Source of the DNA: Thalassobaculaceae bacterium
Lineage (GTDB): Bacteria > Pseudomonadota > Alphaproteobacteria > Thalassobaculales > Thalassobaculaceae
Assembly (NCBI GenBank): GCA_965228875.1
Contig: OZ245843.1
Coordinates: 1,036,616 to 1,100,615, forward strand
Reading direction: 5' to 3'
Length of the DNA stretch: 64,000 nucleotides
Shown here: one piece after another, positions 18,427 through 29,882 of the stretch
Layout: every line of letters begins with the position of its first letter
Numbering within the stretch: the stretch's first letter is position 1
Translations under genes and position numbers: made by a program
The notes under the pieces: model-generated
Databases searched by the model: none
What the model saw: the letters and a program-made list of their open reading frames with translations, nothing else
What the model was told of the DNA's origin: nothing

Positions 18427-19664
18427 ATGCTTTTCAACCTGGAGATCGCGATCCGTCATCTCGCCAGCCGGGTTCGCCAGAGCGTGGTTTCGGTTCTGGG
18501 TGTCGCGACGGGGGTAGGGTTCTCGGTGGCCATGGCGGCGCTGATGGAGGGCTCCCTGCTGGACTTCCAGCAGACCCTGATCGAGGCCTCGCCGCAGATC
18601 CTGGTCAAGGACGAGTTTCGCGATCCGCCTCTGCAGCCGGCGGCGATCGCCTTCGGCGGCGCCGTCGAGATCGACGGCATGAAGCCCAAGGAGGAGCAGC
18701 GCGGCATCAAGCAGGCGCGGGCGCTGATTGCCGGGCTCGAGGCGGCGCCCGGCCTGGCCGCCGCGCCGATGCTCGACGGTCAGGTGGTCGTCCGCTTCGG
18801 CGGCAAGGACGTCGCCGCCACGCTCAGCGGAATAGAACCGGATCGGCACGTCCGCGTGTCGCAACTGGACGAGGACATGGTCCGGGGCGAAATCGACGAT
18901 CTGTACGCCGCCGCGAACGGCATCATCGTCGGCGACGGGCTCGCCCGGAAGCTGGGGGCGCGGGTCGGTAACCTTCTGAATGTCTCGTCGCCGGCGGGCG
19001 TGCTTCTGAAGATGAAGCTGGTGGGCCTGTTCCACACCGGCCTGGTGTCGATCGACGAGACCCACGCCTATACCCTGCTGAAGAAGGCGCAGGTCCTGCA
19101 GAACCGGCCGAACGTCATCAACCGCATTCGGATCGCCATTCCCGACCTGCACATCGCCCGCGCCGTGGCCCGCCAGCTCGAGGATCGCATCGGCTACCTG
19201 AGCGAGTCCTGGGACGAGGCGAACGAGGACATTCTGGCCGCCCTGCAGCTGCGCAACACGATCATGTACGTCGTGGTCGGCGCCATCATGCTCGTGGCGG
19301 GATTCGGCATCTTCAACATCGTCTCGACCATCATCTACGAGAAGGCCAAGGACATCGCGATCCTGAAATCCCTCGGATTCCGCGACGGTGATGTGCGTCG
19401 GATCTTCGTCGCGGAGGGCCTCGCTACGGGCGTGGTCGGATCGGTCCTCGGCTGGGTTCTCGGATTTTCCCTGTGCCTCGGGCTCGAGTCGATCGAGTTC
19501 ACGGCAAGCTGGGCGGTCGAGATGGACGGGCTGCCGATCCACTACGACCCGGTGCATTACATGGTCGCCACGTCGATCGCCGTCGCGTCCGCCGGCATCG
19601 CGGCCTATATCCCGGCCCGGCGCGCCGCGCGGCTGAACCCGGTCGACATCATCCGGGGGGCGGC

Positions 19665-19668
<4 letters not shown>
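18427..19668 (+). CDS. ABC permease, LolC/E-MacB (FtsX) family
   Basis: Large periplasmic loop, EKAKDIAILKSLG, PARRAARLNPVDIIR. Confidence 0.92.
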
Positions 19669-20339
<671 letters not shown>

Positions 20340-20400
20340 AGCGCATCACGGGCAAATCGGAACAACGGGTCGGGTGAATCAGAGCCGAACCGATCGCGCC

Positions 20401-21564
20401 CTAAGCCGCGAGCTTCGGCAGAAGACGCTCGATCATGGTCGAACATTGAACCAACTGGTCCAGGCTGACGAACTCGTCCGGTTTGTGGGCCTGTTCGATG
20501 CTGCCGGGGCCGCAGACCACGGTCTGGATACCGGCGGCCTGGAACAGCCCGGCCTCGGTGCCAAAGGCGACGACCTCGGCGGCATTGGCCCCGGTCAGTT
20601 CCGAGACCAGGGCGACCGCCTCGCTGTCCAGCATCGGCTCCAGCCCCTCGACCTCGCCGATGGTATGGGTGACGATTGTCGCCGCCGGATCGACCGCGTG
20701 CATCCGGGGCAGCAGCTCGCGGTCGACATAGTCGCGCAGAATTTCCTTGGCGAGGTCGGCGTCGGACTTGGTCACAGGCCGCATTTCCCACTCGAGGTGA
20801 CAGTGGCGCGGGATGACGTTCCGCGCGATGCCGCCCTGGATCACGCCGCTCTGCAGTGTGGTGTGCGGCGGATCGAAGCGGCTGTTCGGTGGTGTGCGGT
20901 GCTTCATCACCTCGCCGGTCTCCAGGATCTTTGCGATGAAGCGGGCGGCGAACTCGACCGCGTTGATCCCCGCATCCGGGTTGGAGGCGTGCCCCTCCAG
21001 GCCGGTGAACTCGGTCGTGTACTCGTAGCACCCCTTGTGCCCCTCGATGATCCGCATCTCGGTCGGCTCACCGACGATGCAGACGGAGGGACGGACACCG
21101 CTGTCGGCGATGTCGCGGATCAGCCGGGGCGCCCCGAAACACCCGATCTCCTCGTCGTATGTGAAGGCGAAATGCAGCGGCCGGGCAAGGTTGGCGGCGG
21201 CGAAGGTCGGCGCCAGGGCCATGGCGGTCGCGATGAAGCCCTTCATGTCGCAGGACCCGCGTCCCAGGATCAGCTCGTCGCGCTCCTCCGCGCGGAACGG
21301 ATCCGTCGTCCAGGGCTGGCCATCCACCGGGACCACGTCGGTATGACCGGACAGAACGATGCCGCCGTCCGTCTCCGGCCCGATCGTCGCGAACAGGTTG
21401 GCCTTGGTGCCGCTGTCGTCGTTGGTGATCGATACCCGCGCGCCCAGCCGTTCGAGGCGGTCCGCGCAATGGTCGATGAGGGCGAGATTGCTTTCCGACG
21501 ACACCGTCGGGAAGGCGATCAGATCGCCCAGGATCCCCCGGATATCGTCGAGCGGAGCGGTCAT
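20401..21564 (-). CDS. argE: Acetylornithine deacetylase (M20)
   Basis: [36 protein letters not shown] and AHKPDEF motifs. Confidence 0.88.
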   Translation of the reverse strand: MTAPLDDIRGILGDLIAFPTVSSESNLALIDHCADRLERLGARVSITNDDSGTKANLFATIGPETDGGIVLSGHTDVVPVDGQPWTTDPFRAEERDELILGRGSCDMKGFIATAMALAPTFAAANLARPLHFAFTYDEEIGCFGAPRLIRDIADSGVRPSVCIVGEPTEMRIIEGHKGCYEYTTEFTGLEGHASNPDAGINAVEFAARFIAKILETGEVMKHRTPPNSRFDPPHTTLQSGVIQGGIARNVIPRHCHLEWEMRPVTKSDADLAKEILRDYVDRELLPRMHAVDPAATIVTHTIGEVEGLEPMLDSEAVALVSELTGANAAEVVAFGTEAGLFQAAGIQTVVCGPGSIEQAHKPDEFVSLDQLVQCSTMIERLLPKLAA

Positions 21565-23048
21565 CGGGTGAGGGTCCGGCGCACGGCGTCGTGCCAGCCG
21601 GCGAGCAGGCGGTTGCGGTCGGCCTCGGCCATCGCCGGCTCGAACCGTCGATCGCGCTTCCATTGCTCGGCGAAACCATCGCGATCCGGCCACACGCCGG
21701 CCCTATGTCCCGCCAGCCAGGCCGCGCCCAGCGCCGTGGTCTCCAGGACCATCGGCCGGTCTACCGGCGCGGCGAGCACGTCGGTCAGGCGCTGCATCAG
21801 CCAGTCGTTGGCCACCATCCCGCCGTCGACGCGCAGCACCATGTCGCCGTCGCCGGACCAGTCGGCCTGCATGGCGCGGATAAGATCGGCGGTCTGGAAA
21901 CATACGCTGTCCAGGGCGGCACGGGCGAACTCCTTCGGTCCGGTGCCGCGGGTCAGGCCGAACAGGGTACCGCGGGCGTCGGGGTCCCAATGCGGCGCGC
22001 CGAGGCCGGTGAAGGCCGGAACCAGGTAGACGGCCTGCTCGGGATCGGCCTCGTGCGCCAGGCGGGCGGACTGGTCGGCCCGCTCGATCACGCCGAGCCC
22101 GTCCCGCAGCCACTGGATGGCCGCGCCGGCGACGAAGATCGATCCTTCCAGGGCATAGGTCGGCTTGCCGTCGAGCTGGTAGGCGATGGTGGTCAGCAGG
22201 CGGTTGTTGGACAGAACCGGCGTGTCGCCGGTGTTCAGCAGGGCGAAACACCCGGTGCCGTAGGTCGATTTCAGCATGCCCGGCGTGAAGCAGGCCTGGC
22301 CGACCGTCGCAGCCTGCTGGTCCCCGGCGACACCGAGGATCGGAATGGCGGCGCCGAACAGGGCAGGGTCGGTGGTGCCGAACTCAGCCGCGCTGTCCAG
22401 CACCTCGGGCAGCAGCGAGGCGGGGATACCCAGCAGCTTCAGAATGTCCTCGTCCCAGCGTCCTTCGCGGATGTTGTAGAGCAGGGTGCGCGCGGCGTTG
22501 GTGGCATCGGTGACGTGCCGCCTGCCGCCGGTCAGCCGCCAGATCAGGAAACTGTCGACCGTGCCGAAGGCGAGCCTGCCTTCCGCCGCCTTCCCGCGCG
22601 CGCCATCCACCGCGTCGAGCAGCCAGGCGAGTTTGGTTCCGGAGAAGTAGGGATCGAGCAGGAGGCCGGTCTTCTCGGTCACCATCGGCTCGTGGCCATC
22701 GGCCTTCAGGCGGGCGCAGAGCTCGGCGGTGCGGCGGTCCTGCCAGACGATGGCGCGGTGGATCGGCTCGCCGGTCTCGCGGTCCCAGACGACTACGGTC
22801 TCGCGCTGGTTGGTGATGCCGATGGCCGCGACGTCGCCGGCAGACAGTCCGGCATCCGCGAGGGCCAGGCGGACCGTCGCCTCTGTCGTGCGCCAGAGAT
22901 CGGCGGCCTCGTGCTCGACCCATCCGGAGCGCGGGAAATGCTGCGTGAACTCCTGCTGGCCGACGCCCTTGATGCTGAACTTTCCGTCGAAGACGATGGC
23001 GCGGGACGAGGTCGTCCCCTGATCGATGGCGAGAACGTAGCCGGACAT
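21561..23048 (-). CDS. glpK: Glycerol kinase
   Basis: [36 protein letters not shown] and TYGTGCF motifs. Confidence 0.97.
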   Translation of the reverse strand: MSGYVLAIDQGTTSSRAIVFDGKFSIKGVGQQEFTQHFPRSGWVEHEAADLWRTTEATVRLALADAGLSAGDVAAIGITNQRETVVVWDRETGEPIHRAIVWQDRRTAELCARLKADGHEPMVTEKTGLLLDPYFSGTKLAWLLDAVDGARGKAAEGRLAFGTVDSFLIWRLTGGRRHVTDATNAARTLLYNIREGRWDEDILKLLGIPASLLPEVLDSAAEFGTTDPALFGAAIPILGVAGDQQAATVGQACFTPGMLKSTYGTGCFALLNTGDTPVLSNNRLLTTIAYQLDGKPTYALEGSIFVAGAAIQWLRDGLGVIERADQSARLAHEADPEQAVYLVPAFTGLGAPHWDPDARGTLFGLTRGTGPKEFARAALDSVCFQTADLIRAMQADWSGDGDMVLRVDGGMVANDWLMQRLTDVLAAPVDRPMVLETTALGAAWLAGHRAGVWPDRDGFAEQWKRDRRFEPAMAEADRNRLLAGWHDAVRRTLTR

Positions 23049-23124
23049 GCGGCCTCCCTGGCGGCTGGTCTTTCCGTCCCGACACTTGTGGTCGGGTGGT
23101 GGCTGCTGACCGGGGTCAGCCCCG

Positions 23125-24675
23125 CTACTCTGCCGCCTCCGCCGAGCGGGTGCGAGCGGTAATCCACGCCTCCAGGGCTTCGCGGCCCGCAGCGTCGATC
23201 TTCAGCCCCAGCTTGCTTCGCCGCCACAGCACGTCGTCGGCGTCCCGCGCCCATTCCTGTTCGATCAGATAGGAAACCTCGGCGGCGTACAGGGTGTCGC
23301 CGAAATGCCGCCCGAGATCGGTCGGGGATGCCGCCTCGCCGAGGATGTGGCGCGCCCGGGTGCCGTACTGGCGGACCAGGCGGTGGGCGTGGGCTTGCTC
23401 GAGGAACGGATAGTCGCGGCGAAGGTCGGCGACCAGATCGTCGAAGCCGCCGATCGGGAAGTCGCCGCCAGGCAGGGCGGCGGCGTGGGTCCAGGGCTTG
23501 CCGCGCTTGCCGATCGCGCTCTCGATCTTCTCGATCACCGCCTCGGCGAGCTTGCGGTAGGTGGTGATCTTTCCGCCGAAGATATTGACCAGCAGGCCGT
23601 CGCCGGCGCCGCCCTCGGCGCGCAGCACGTAGTCCCGCGTCGCGACCTGGGCGGCCGACGCCCCGTCGTCGTAGAGCGGCCGCACCCCGGAGAACGTCCA
23701 GACGATGTCTTCGGGTCTGACCGGCCGCTCGAAATAGTCGCTGGCGCCGGCACAGAGATAGGCGATCTCCTCCTCCGAAATCCTGACCTCGCCCGGGTCG
23801 TTCTTCCAGTCCCGGTCCGTGGTGCCGATCAGCGTGTAGTCGCGCTGGTAGGGGATGGCGAAGAAGATCCGGTTGTCGGCGTTCTGGAAGATGTAGCACC
23901 GGTCGTGGTCGTACAGCTTCGGCACGACGATGTGGCTGCCCTGGACCAGGCGCACGTTGCTCGCATCGTTCTTGCCGGTCCGGGCGAGGACGCGGTCCAC
24001 CCATGGGCCGGCGGCATTGACGACGGCACGGGCGTGCACCGTCTGCCGGGCGCCGCTCCGCGTGTCGCGCAGGCTGACGGCCCAGCCCCTGACGCCGCGC
24101 TCCAGCGAGACCACCTCGGTGCGGGTGCGGATGTCGACCCCACGGTCGGCGGCGTCCCTGGCGTTCAGAACCACCAGGCGGGCGTCGTCCACGGCGCAGT
24201 CGGAATACTCGAACCCCCTGGCGAACTCCGACTTGAGCGGCGCACCGACCTCGTCGGTGCTCAGATCGACAACGCGGGTCGGCGGCAGGTGCTTCCGGCC
24301 GCCCAGGTGGTCGTAGAGAAACAGGCCGAGGCGAAGCAGCCAGGCGGGCCGCAGGCCGGTGTGGTGCGGCAGGACGAATCGCAGCGGCCAGATGATGTGC
24401 GGCGCGTTGGCCCACAGGATTTCGCGCTCGATCAGGGCCTCGCGGACCAGCCGGAACTCGTAGTGTTCCAGATAGCGCAGCCCGCCATGGATGAGCTTGG
24501 TCGACCAGGACGACGTGCCGCTGGCCAGATCGTTCATCTCGGCCAGCGCGACCGAATAGCCGCGACCGGCGGCGTCGCGGGCGATGCCGCAGCCGTTGAT
24601 CCCGCCCCCAATGACGAAGATGTCCACATCGGGCTGTCCGGCGGCCGGCGTGGCTCCGGCATCGGTCGATGACAT
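23125..24675 (-). CDS. glpD: Glycerol-3-phosphate dehydrogenase (FAD)
   Basis: [26 protein letters not shown] and GGKITTYR motifs. Confidence 0.96.
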   Translation of the reverse strand: MSSTDAGATPAAGQPDVDIFVIGGGINGCGIARDAAGRGYSVALAEMNDLASGTSSWSTKLIHGGLRYLEHYEFRLVREALIEREILWANAPHIIWPLRFVLPHHTGLRPAWLLRLGLFLYDHLGGRKHLPPTRVVDLSTDEVGAPLKSEFARGFEYSDCAVDDARLVVLNARDAADRGVDIRTRTEVVSLERGVRGWAVSLRDTRSGARQTVHARAVVNAAGPWVDRVLARTGKNDASNVRLVQGSHIVVPKLYDHDRCYIFQNADNRIFFAIPYQRDYTLIGTTDRDWKNDPGEVRISEEEIAYLCAGASDYFERPVRPEDIVWTFSGVRPLYDDGASAAQVATRDYVLRAEGGAGDGLLVNIFGGKITTYRKLAEAVIEKIESAIGKRGKPWTHAAALPGGDFPIGGFDDLVADLRRDYPFLEQAHAHRLVRQYGTRARHILGEAASPTDLGRHFGDTLYAAEVSYLIEQEWARDADDVLWRRSKLGLKIDAAGREALEAWITARTRSAEAAE

Positions 24676-24747
24676 AAGGTGCTCCGTGATTGTTGCCGCT
24701 CACGATCTGGGCCGGTCGGCGCGAGATCCAACCCATGTGCGGGGTCG

Positions 24748-24762
24748 TGCCGCACTGCAGCA
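24748..24762. promoter_or_regulatory. Palindromic operator TGCCGCA-C-TGCAGCA (PhaR-box-like) upstream of glpD
   Basis: Near-perfect 15 bp palindrome; related copies at 40299, 52530 and 59859. Confidence 0.45.
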
Positions 24763-24807
24763 TTGTACACGGTCGCACCTGGGAAGGCCAATCGGGCGGG
24801 TCGCGGG

Positions 24808-25827
24808 TCAGCCAGCTTGTCCGGCGGCGATCTTCCGCAGACGGGCCAGGACGAGGGGGTCGGGGCGCAGCCCGTCCGCCTCGGCGGCGGCCCGTCGAAC
24901 GGCGCGGGACCGGCCCGGCACGTAGGCGCCGAACTCGTCCCGCAGCCGGGCGGCAAAGCTCTCCACCCGTTCGGCGAAACCGGGCCCGAAGGTGCTGTCC
25001 GGGTCGATGGCCAGAACGAACAGGCCGATACCGGGTGTCTCCCCACCTTCGAGGAAGGACGGGGCGTCCATCGACCACGCGCCGCCCGACAGGCCGGCGG
25101 AGAGAAGCTCGACCGTCAGGGCGATGTTTGCGCCGCGCGCGCCGCCGAAGGCGAGGAGCACGCCGCGCATCGCCGCCGCCGGGTCCGTGGTCGGCGCGCC
25201 GCCGGCGTCCAGCGCCCAGCCTTCGGGGATCGTCTCTCGACGTTCCGCCGCGAGTGCGATGTTGACGTATGCGGTCGCGCTGCTCGACTGGTCGACAAGA
25301 ACCGTCGGTCCATCCTCGCCGGGCACGGCGAAGGCCAGCGGGTTTGTGCAGAACGCCGCGCGGCTGCCGCCGGAGGGTGCCAGAAAGGCCGGGCCGCCAT
25401 TCGTCGCCGCCAGGGCCACGAGACCGCGCTCGGCAAGGCGGCGCACAAACCAGTCGAGCGCGGCGTTCGTGAACGAGTTGCGCTGGCTGAACAGAGCGAG
25501 GCCGAACCCGCGCGCCGCGCCGACCAGGTCCTCGAACACCCGCTCGAAGCCGAGATGGCCGACGCCGCCTTCCGCATCGGCGCGGAAGACGATCGGGGTC
25601 GGCCGCTCTATCGTCGGATCGGCGTTGCCGTCGATCCGGCCGGCCCGCAGCGCATCGCAGTAGGTCAGCAGATGGGCGAGCCCGACCCCGTCGAGGCCGC
25701 GGCTTTCGGCGTCGACCAGAGCATCGGCCATGACACGGGCGCAGTCAGCGTTGGCCCCGCTCGCGCGCAGGGCGGCGCGGGCCAGGGCCAGGGCGTCGTC
25801 GAGGGTGAGGGTCTCGCGGCCGTTCAT
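24808..25827 (-). CDS. Ldh_2 (type 2 malate/L-lactate/sulfolactate dehydrogenase) family oxidoreductase
   Basis: FCTNPLAFAVP, DQSSS, IPEGWALD.G.PTTDP and FGGARG motifs. Confidence 0.88.
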   Translation of the reverse strand: MNGRETLTLDDALALARAALRASGANADCARVMADALVDAESRGLDGVGLAHLLTYCDALRAGRIDGNADPTIERPTPIVFRADAEGGVGHLGFERVFEDLVGAARGFGLALFSQRNSFTNAALDWFVRRLAERGLVALAATNGGPAFLAPSGGSRAAFCTNPLAFAVPGEDGPTVLVDQSSSATAYVNIALAAERRETIPEGWALDAGGAPTTDPAAAMRGVLLAFGGARGANIALTVELLSAGLSGGAWSMDAPSFLEGGETPGIGLFVLAIDPDSTFGPGFAERVESFAARLRDEFGAYVPGRSRAVRRAAAEADGLRPDPLVLARLRKIAAGQAG

Positions 25828-27806
25828 AACGCCAGCCCCACCTTCCGGCCGTCATGGATGGCGTAGGGCGCCTGGCGCGGCGCCGCCGCATCGCCGATCA
25901 GGTGGATCGGAAGCTCGCCCTCCAGGGTCCGTGCCAGACTGTCCTCCGCCACGTTCGCGGTGGCGACGACAAGATCGTCGGCGGGGACCAGGGTCTCCCG
26001 GTCGGTAAGGAGCGAGACGACCGTCGCTCCGTCTTCCGACCAGGAGGAGACCGCGCTCTCGACCAGGAACGTCACGCCGAGTTCGGCGAGCCGGCGGCGC
26101 AGCGGGAAGTCGGCGGCGGTGCGCTGCAGTTCCTTGCCGACCAGCGGGTCCGGGGTGACCAGGGTGACCGTTTTGCCATCCTCGGCCAGCTTCCACGCCG
26201 TACCGCAGCCCCGCCAGTTGCCGCCCTCGTCGAGCACCACGACCCGGTCGCCGATGCGCGCCGCGCGACCCATCACGTCCTCGGTCGACCAGACACGGCC
26301 GCGCGCGGCGCCGGGTAGGGTCGGAAGGTGAGGCAGCGCCTTCTGAAATCCGGTCCCGGCGGGCAGCGAGCCGGTGGCGATCACCACCGCATCGGCGCCG
26401 AATTCACGGACGTCCGACGCCTCCATGTAGGTGTTGAAAAGCACCCGAACCTGAAGCGCCGCGAGCTGGCGCTCGTACCATCCGATCAGATCGAGGATCT
26501 GGGCCCGGCGCGGCTGGAGCCCGGCGAGCCGGAACGCGCCGCCCAGTCTGTCTGAGGCTTCGGCGAGGGTGACCGCGTGCCCCCGCTCGGCGGCCGCCCG
26601 CGCCGCCTCCAGACCGGCGGGGCCGCCGCCGACCACCAGGATGCGTTTCGGCGCGTCGGCCGGCGTGAAGCGGTCGCCGCCCCATTCCCACTCGCGGCCG
26701 ACCGACGGGTTCACCACACAGGATATCCAGTAGTCGCGCGCGCGGCGCCCCCAGCACATCTGGTTGCAGGACAGGCAGCCCCGGATGTCCTCGGTCCGGC
26801 CCGCCGCCGTCTTCCTGGCCAGGTGCGGGTCGGCGATCTGGCCGCGCACGATCGAGACCAGGTCGGCCTCTCCGGCGCCCAGCACGGCCTCGGCGTTGTC
26901 GGGGGTGCGGATGTGGCTCTCGGCGGTGACCAGCGCATGCGTCACCACGCCTTTCAGCGCCTTTGACAGTTCCGTGCCGAGCTTTTCCGGATAGAGGAAG
27001 GTCGGCATCAGCTTGTAGAAATCGAGGTAGCCGCCCGAGCCGCAGGACACGTAGTCCACCAGCGCGTCGCGGTCGTGGCGCTCGACGATCTCGGCCATCG
27101 ACTCCTTCTGAAGCATCACGTCGAAATCGGGCTCGTCGCTCACCGACAGCCCGACGATGAAGTCGTCGCCGCACATCTCGCGGATCCGCGCGCAGATCTC
27201 CCGGCTCATCCGCGTCCGGTTCTCGAGCGATCCGCCCCAGCGGTCGTCGCGGCTGTTCGACCAGGGCGTCCAGAACTGGTCGAGCAGGGAATGGTAGGCG
27301 GCCCAGACCTCGACGCCGTCGAACCCGGCCTCCCGGCAGCGCCGGGCAGCCTGGACGTAGCCGTCGATGGTCTCCTCGATCTCCGCCTCGGTCATGGCGT
27401 GGCTGCCGTCGCTGTCGTGGTAGCTCGGCCCGCCGGACGGCGACCAGTGGGGATGATAGGAGTTGTCGGAATCCCCGTGCTGGCCGACGTGATAGAGCTG
27501 CTGGAGGATCAGGCTGCCGTGCTCGTGAACCGCTTCCGTCACCCGGCGGAAGTGCGGGATCACGGCATCGTCGGAATGCCGGAAGTTACCCCGTGTCAGG
27601 ACCGCCGCCGCATGCACCGGCATCGGCTCGATGACCAGCATGGCGGCACCGCCCATCGCCCGTTCGCGGTAGTAGGCGACGTGGCGTTCGGTCGGCAGTC
27701 CACCCTCGGCCATGTTGGCGGTGTGCGCGCCGAAGACGATGCGGTTGCGCAGGCGCCGGCCCCGAATCTCGACGGGGCTGAGCAGGCGGGGATGCGCGGA
27801 CCTCAT
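25824..27806 (-). CDS. Old-yellow-enzyme-like FMN/Fe-S/FAD oxidoreductase
   Basis: LRNRIVFGAH, WGGSLENR, CLSCNQMC Fe-S motif, VVGGGPAGLEAA. Confidence 0.9.
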   Translation of the reverse strand: MRSAHPRLLSPVEIRGRRLRNRIVFGAHTANMAEGGLPTERHVAYYRERAMGGAAMLVIEPMPVHAAAVLTRGNFRHSDDAVIPHFRRVTEAVHEHGSLILQQLYHVGQHGDSDNSYHPHWSPSGGPSYHDSDGSHAMTEAEIEETIDGYVQAARRCREAGFDGVEVWAAYHSLLDQFWTPWSNSRDDRWGGSLENRTRMSREICARIREMCGDDFIVGLSVSDEPDFDVMLQKESMAEIVERHDRDALVDYVSCGSGGYLDFYKLMPTFLYPEKLGTELSKALKGVVTHALVTAESHIRTPDNAEAVLGAGEADLVSIVRGQIADPHLARKTAAGRTEDIRGCLSCNQMCWGRRARDYWISCVVNPSVGREWEWGGDRFTPADAPKRILVVGGGPAGLEAARAAAERGHAVTLAEASDRLGGAFRLAGLQPRRAQILDLIGWYERQLAALQVRVLFNTYMEASDVREFGADAVVIATGSLPAGTGFQKALPHLPTLPGAARGRVWSTEDVMGRAARIGDRVVVLDEGGNWRGCGTAWKLAEDGKTVTLVTPDPLVGKELQRTAADFPLRRRLAELGVTFLVESAVSSWSEDGATVVSLLTDRETLVPADDLVVATANVAEDSLARTLEGELPIHLIGDAAAPRQAPYAIHDGRKVGLAL

Positions 27807-27808
27807 GG

Positions 27809-29845
27809 TTAAAGGTCCTTAACCAGTCTGATCGCGTCGTAAATCGCCGCGTGGATGTTGCGCGACGCGACGGCGTCGCCGATCCGGAACAACTGGTAGG
27901 CGCCGTCCGGATTTCGGGTCACCGCCTGCGCCCTGCCGGCGATCAGGGCGTCGTAGTCCATCTCGCCGCCATTCCGGCTGTCCGGCTTCAGAGCAAAGTA
28001 CACCTCGTCCAGGGGCAGGGTGCCGTGCTCGACCACGACCTGATCGACCTCCCGTTCCTCGATCCGCTCGGAATAGTCGGAGCCGATCTCGGCGATCAGT
28101 CCGTTGCCGGCGCGCCGGACCGAGAGAACCCGCTTGTTGATCGTGACCCGAGCGCCCGCCCGGTCGAACGCCCGGGCATAGGCGACATGGTTCAGCCCGC
28201 CGATATCGACCGCGAAGAACCGCTCCGGCGTGACGATCTCCAGTCGCGATCCGCCGTTGGCGATCATCTCGGCGGCGGACAGTCCCTGATGGGCGGCGTT
28301 GTCGTCATAGACGAGCACCCGCTCGCCCGGCTTCACGTCGCCGGACAGGATGTCCCAGGAACTCACCACCAGGTCTTCGCCGTCGACGATGGCGGTGTTC
28401 GGCAGGCCGCCGGTGGCGATCAGGATGACGTCCGGGGCCTCCGCCAGAACGTCGCCGGCCTCGGCATAGGTGTTGAAGCGCATGTCGACGCCGAGCTTCT
28501 GGCACTGCTCGACCCGCCAATCGACGATGCCGATCAGTTCCCGGCGGCGTGGGAGGCGGGCAGCAAGGCGGATCTGCCCGCCGGGCCGGTCGGCGGCCTC
28601 GAACAGGACAACATCGTGGCCGCGCTCGCCGGCGACCCGGGCCGCCTCCAGTCCCGCCGGGCCCGCTCCGACGACGACCACGCGCTTCGCCGGGCCGTCG
28701 CTGCGGACGATCACGTGGGGAATGGTGCGTTCGCGTCCGGTGGCGGGGTTGTGGATGCACAGCGCCTCGTGGCCCTCGTAGATCCGATCGAGACAGTATG
28801 TGGCGCCGACGCAGGGGCGGATGTCCGCCTCCCGTCCGGCGGCGACCTTGTTGGCGATATGGGGGTCGGCGATGTGCGGGCGCGTCATGCCGACCATGTC
28901 CAGTTTGCCCTCGGCGATGGCATGGCGGGCGGTGGCGACATCGCTGATCCGCGCGGCATGGAAGATCGGAAACCCGGTTTCGGCTCGAACTTCCCCACAG
29001 AAATCGAGATGCGGGGCCGATGCCATGCCCTGGATCGGGATGACCTCGGAGAGGGCCGCGTCGCTCTCGATATGACCGCGGATCAGGTTGAGGAAGTCGA
29101 CCTTGCCGCTGGTGGCCAGCCGCCGGGCGATCTCCACGCCGTCCTCGCGGCTCAGTCCCCGGTCCCAGTCCTCGTCGGCGACCATCCGAAGGCCGATCAG
29201 GAAATCCTCTCCGACCCGCTCGCGCATGGCGTCCAGCACCCGCCACGTGAAGCGAAGGCGGTTGTCCAGCGAACCGTTGTACTCGTCATCGCGCCGGTTG
29301 GTGGCCGGCGACCAGAACCCGTCGAGGAAGTGGCCGTAGGCTTCGATCTCCACGCCGTCGAGGCCGCCGTCGCGCATGCGCTCGGCCGCGTCGGCGTAGT
29401 GGGCGACGATGCGGTCCAGATCCCAGTCCTCGGCCTCCTTGGGAAAGGAGCGATGGGCCGGCTCCCGTACCGGGGAGGGCGCCAGAACCGGCAGCCAGTC
29501 GGAATGGTTCCAGTTCGTCCGCCGCCCCAGATGGGTGATCTGCATCATGATGGCCGAGCCGTGCTCGTGGCAGGCGTCGCTCAACTCGCGCAGCCAGGGC
29601 ACGATCTCGTCCCTGTAGGCATAGAGGTTCCCGAACGCCGCCGGGCTGTCCGGGCTGACCACGGCCGAACCCGCGGTCATGGTGAGCGCGATCCCGCCCT
29701 TTGCCTTCTCGGCGTGATAGAGGCGGTAGCGTTCCTTGGGCATGCCGTCTTCGGAATAGGCCGGCTCGTGCGCGGTCGACATCAGACGGTTTCGCAGCGT
29801 CAGGTGCTTGAGCCGGTAGGGCTGCAGCAGCGGGTCGTTCGGCAT
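27809..29845 (-). CDS. stcD: NADH:flavin oxidoreductase, N-methylproline demethylase (StcD/HpbA)-like
   Basis: 678 aa; NDPLLQPY.LKHLTLRNR, AHEPAY, PCVGATYCLDRIY and FRIGDAVASRNIHAAIYDA closely follow the Sinorhizobium StcD sequence as I recall it. Confidence 0.8.
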   Translation of the reverse strand: MPNDPLLQPYRLKHLTLRNRLMSTAHEPAYSEDGMPKERYRLYHAEKAKGGIALTMTAGSAVVSPDSPAAFGNLYAYRDEIVPWLRELSDACHEHGSAIMMQITHLGRRTNWNHSDWLPVLAPSPVREPAHRSFPKEAEDWDLDRIVAHYADAAERMRDGGLDGVEIEAYGHFLDGFWSPATNRRDDEYNGSLDNRLRFTWRVLDAMRERVGEDFLIGLRMVADEDWDRGLSREDGVEIARRLATSGKVDFLNLIRGHIESDAALSEVIPIQGMASAPHLDFCGEVRAETGFPIFHAARISDVATARHAIAEGKLDMVGMTRPHIADPHIANKVAAGREADIRPCVGATYCLDRIYEGHEALCIHNPATGRERTIPHVIVRSDGPAKRVVVVGAGPAGLEAARVAGERGHDVVLFEAADRPGGQIRLAARLPRRRELIGIVDWRVEQCQKLGVDMRFNTYAEAGDVLAEAPDVILIATGGLPNTAIVDGEDLVVSSWDILSGDVKPGERVLVYDDNAAHQGLSAAEMIANGGSRLEIVTPERFFAVDIGGLNHVAYARAFDRAGARVTINKRVLSVRRAGNGLIAEIGSDYSERIEEREVDQVVVEHGTLPLDEVYFALKPDSRNGGEMDYDALIAGRAQAVTRNPDGAYQLFRIGDAVASRNIHAAIYDAIRLVKDL

Positions 29846-29882
29846 GTCTCCCCCCTAGATATTCCCGCTCGATCGCGCGTTC

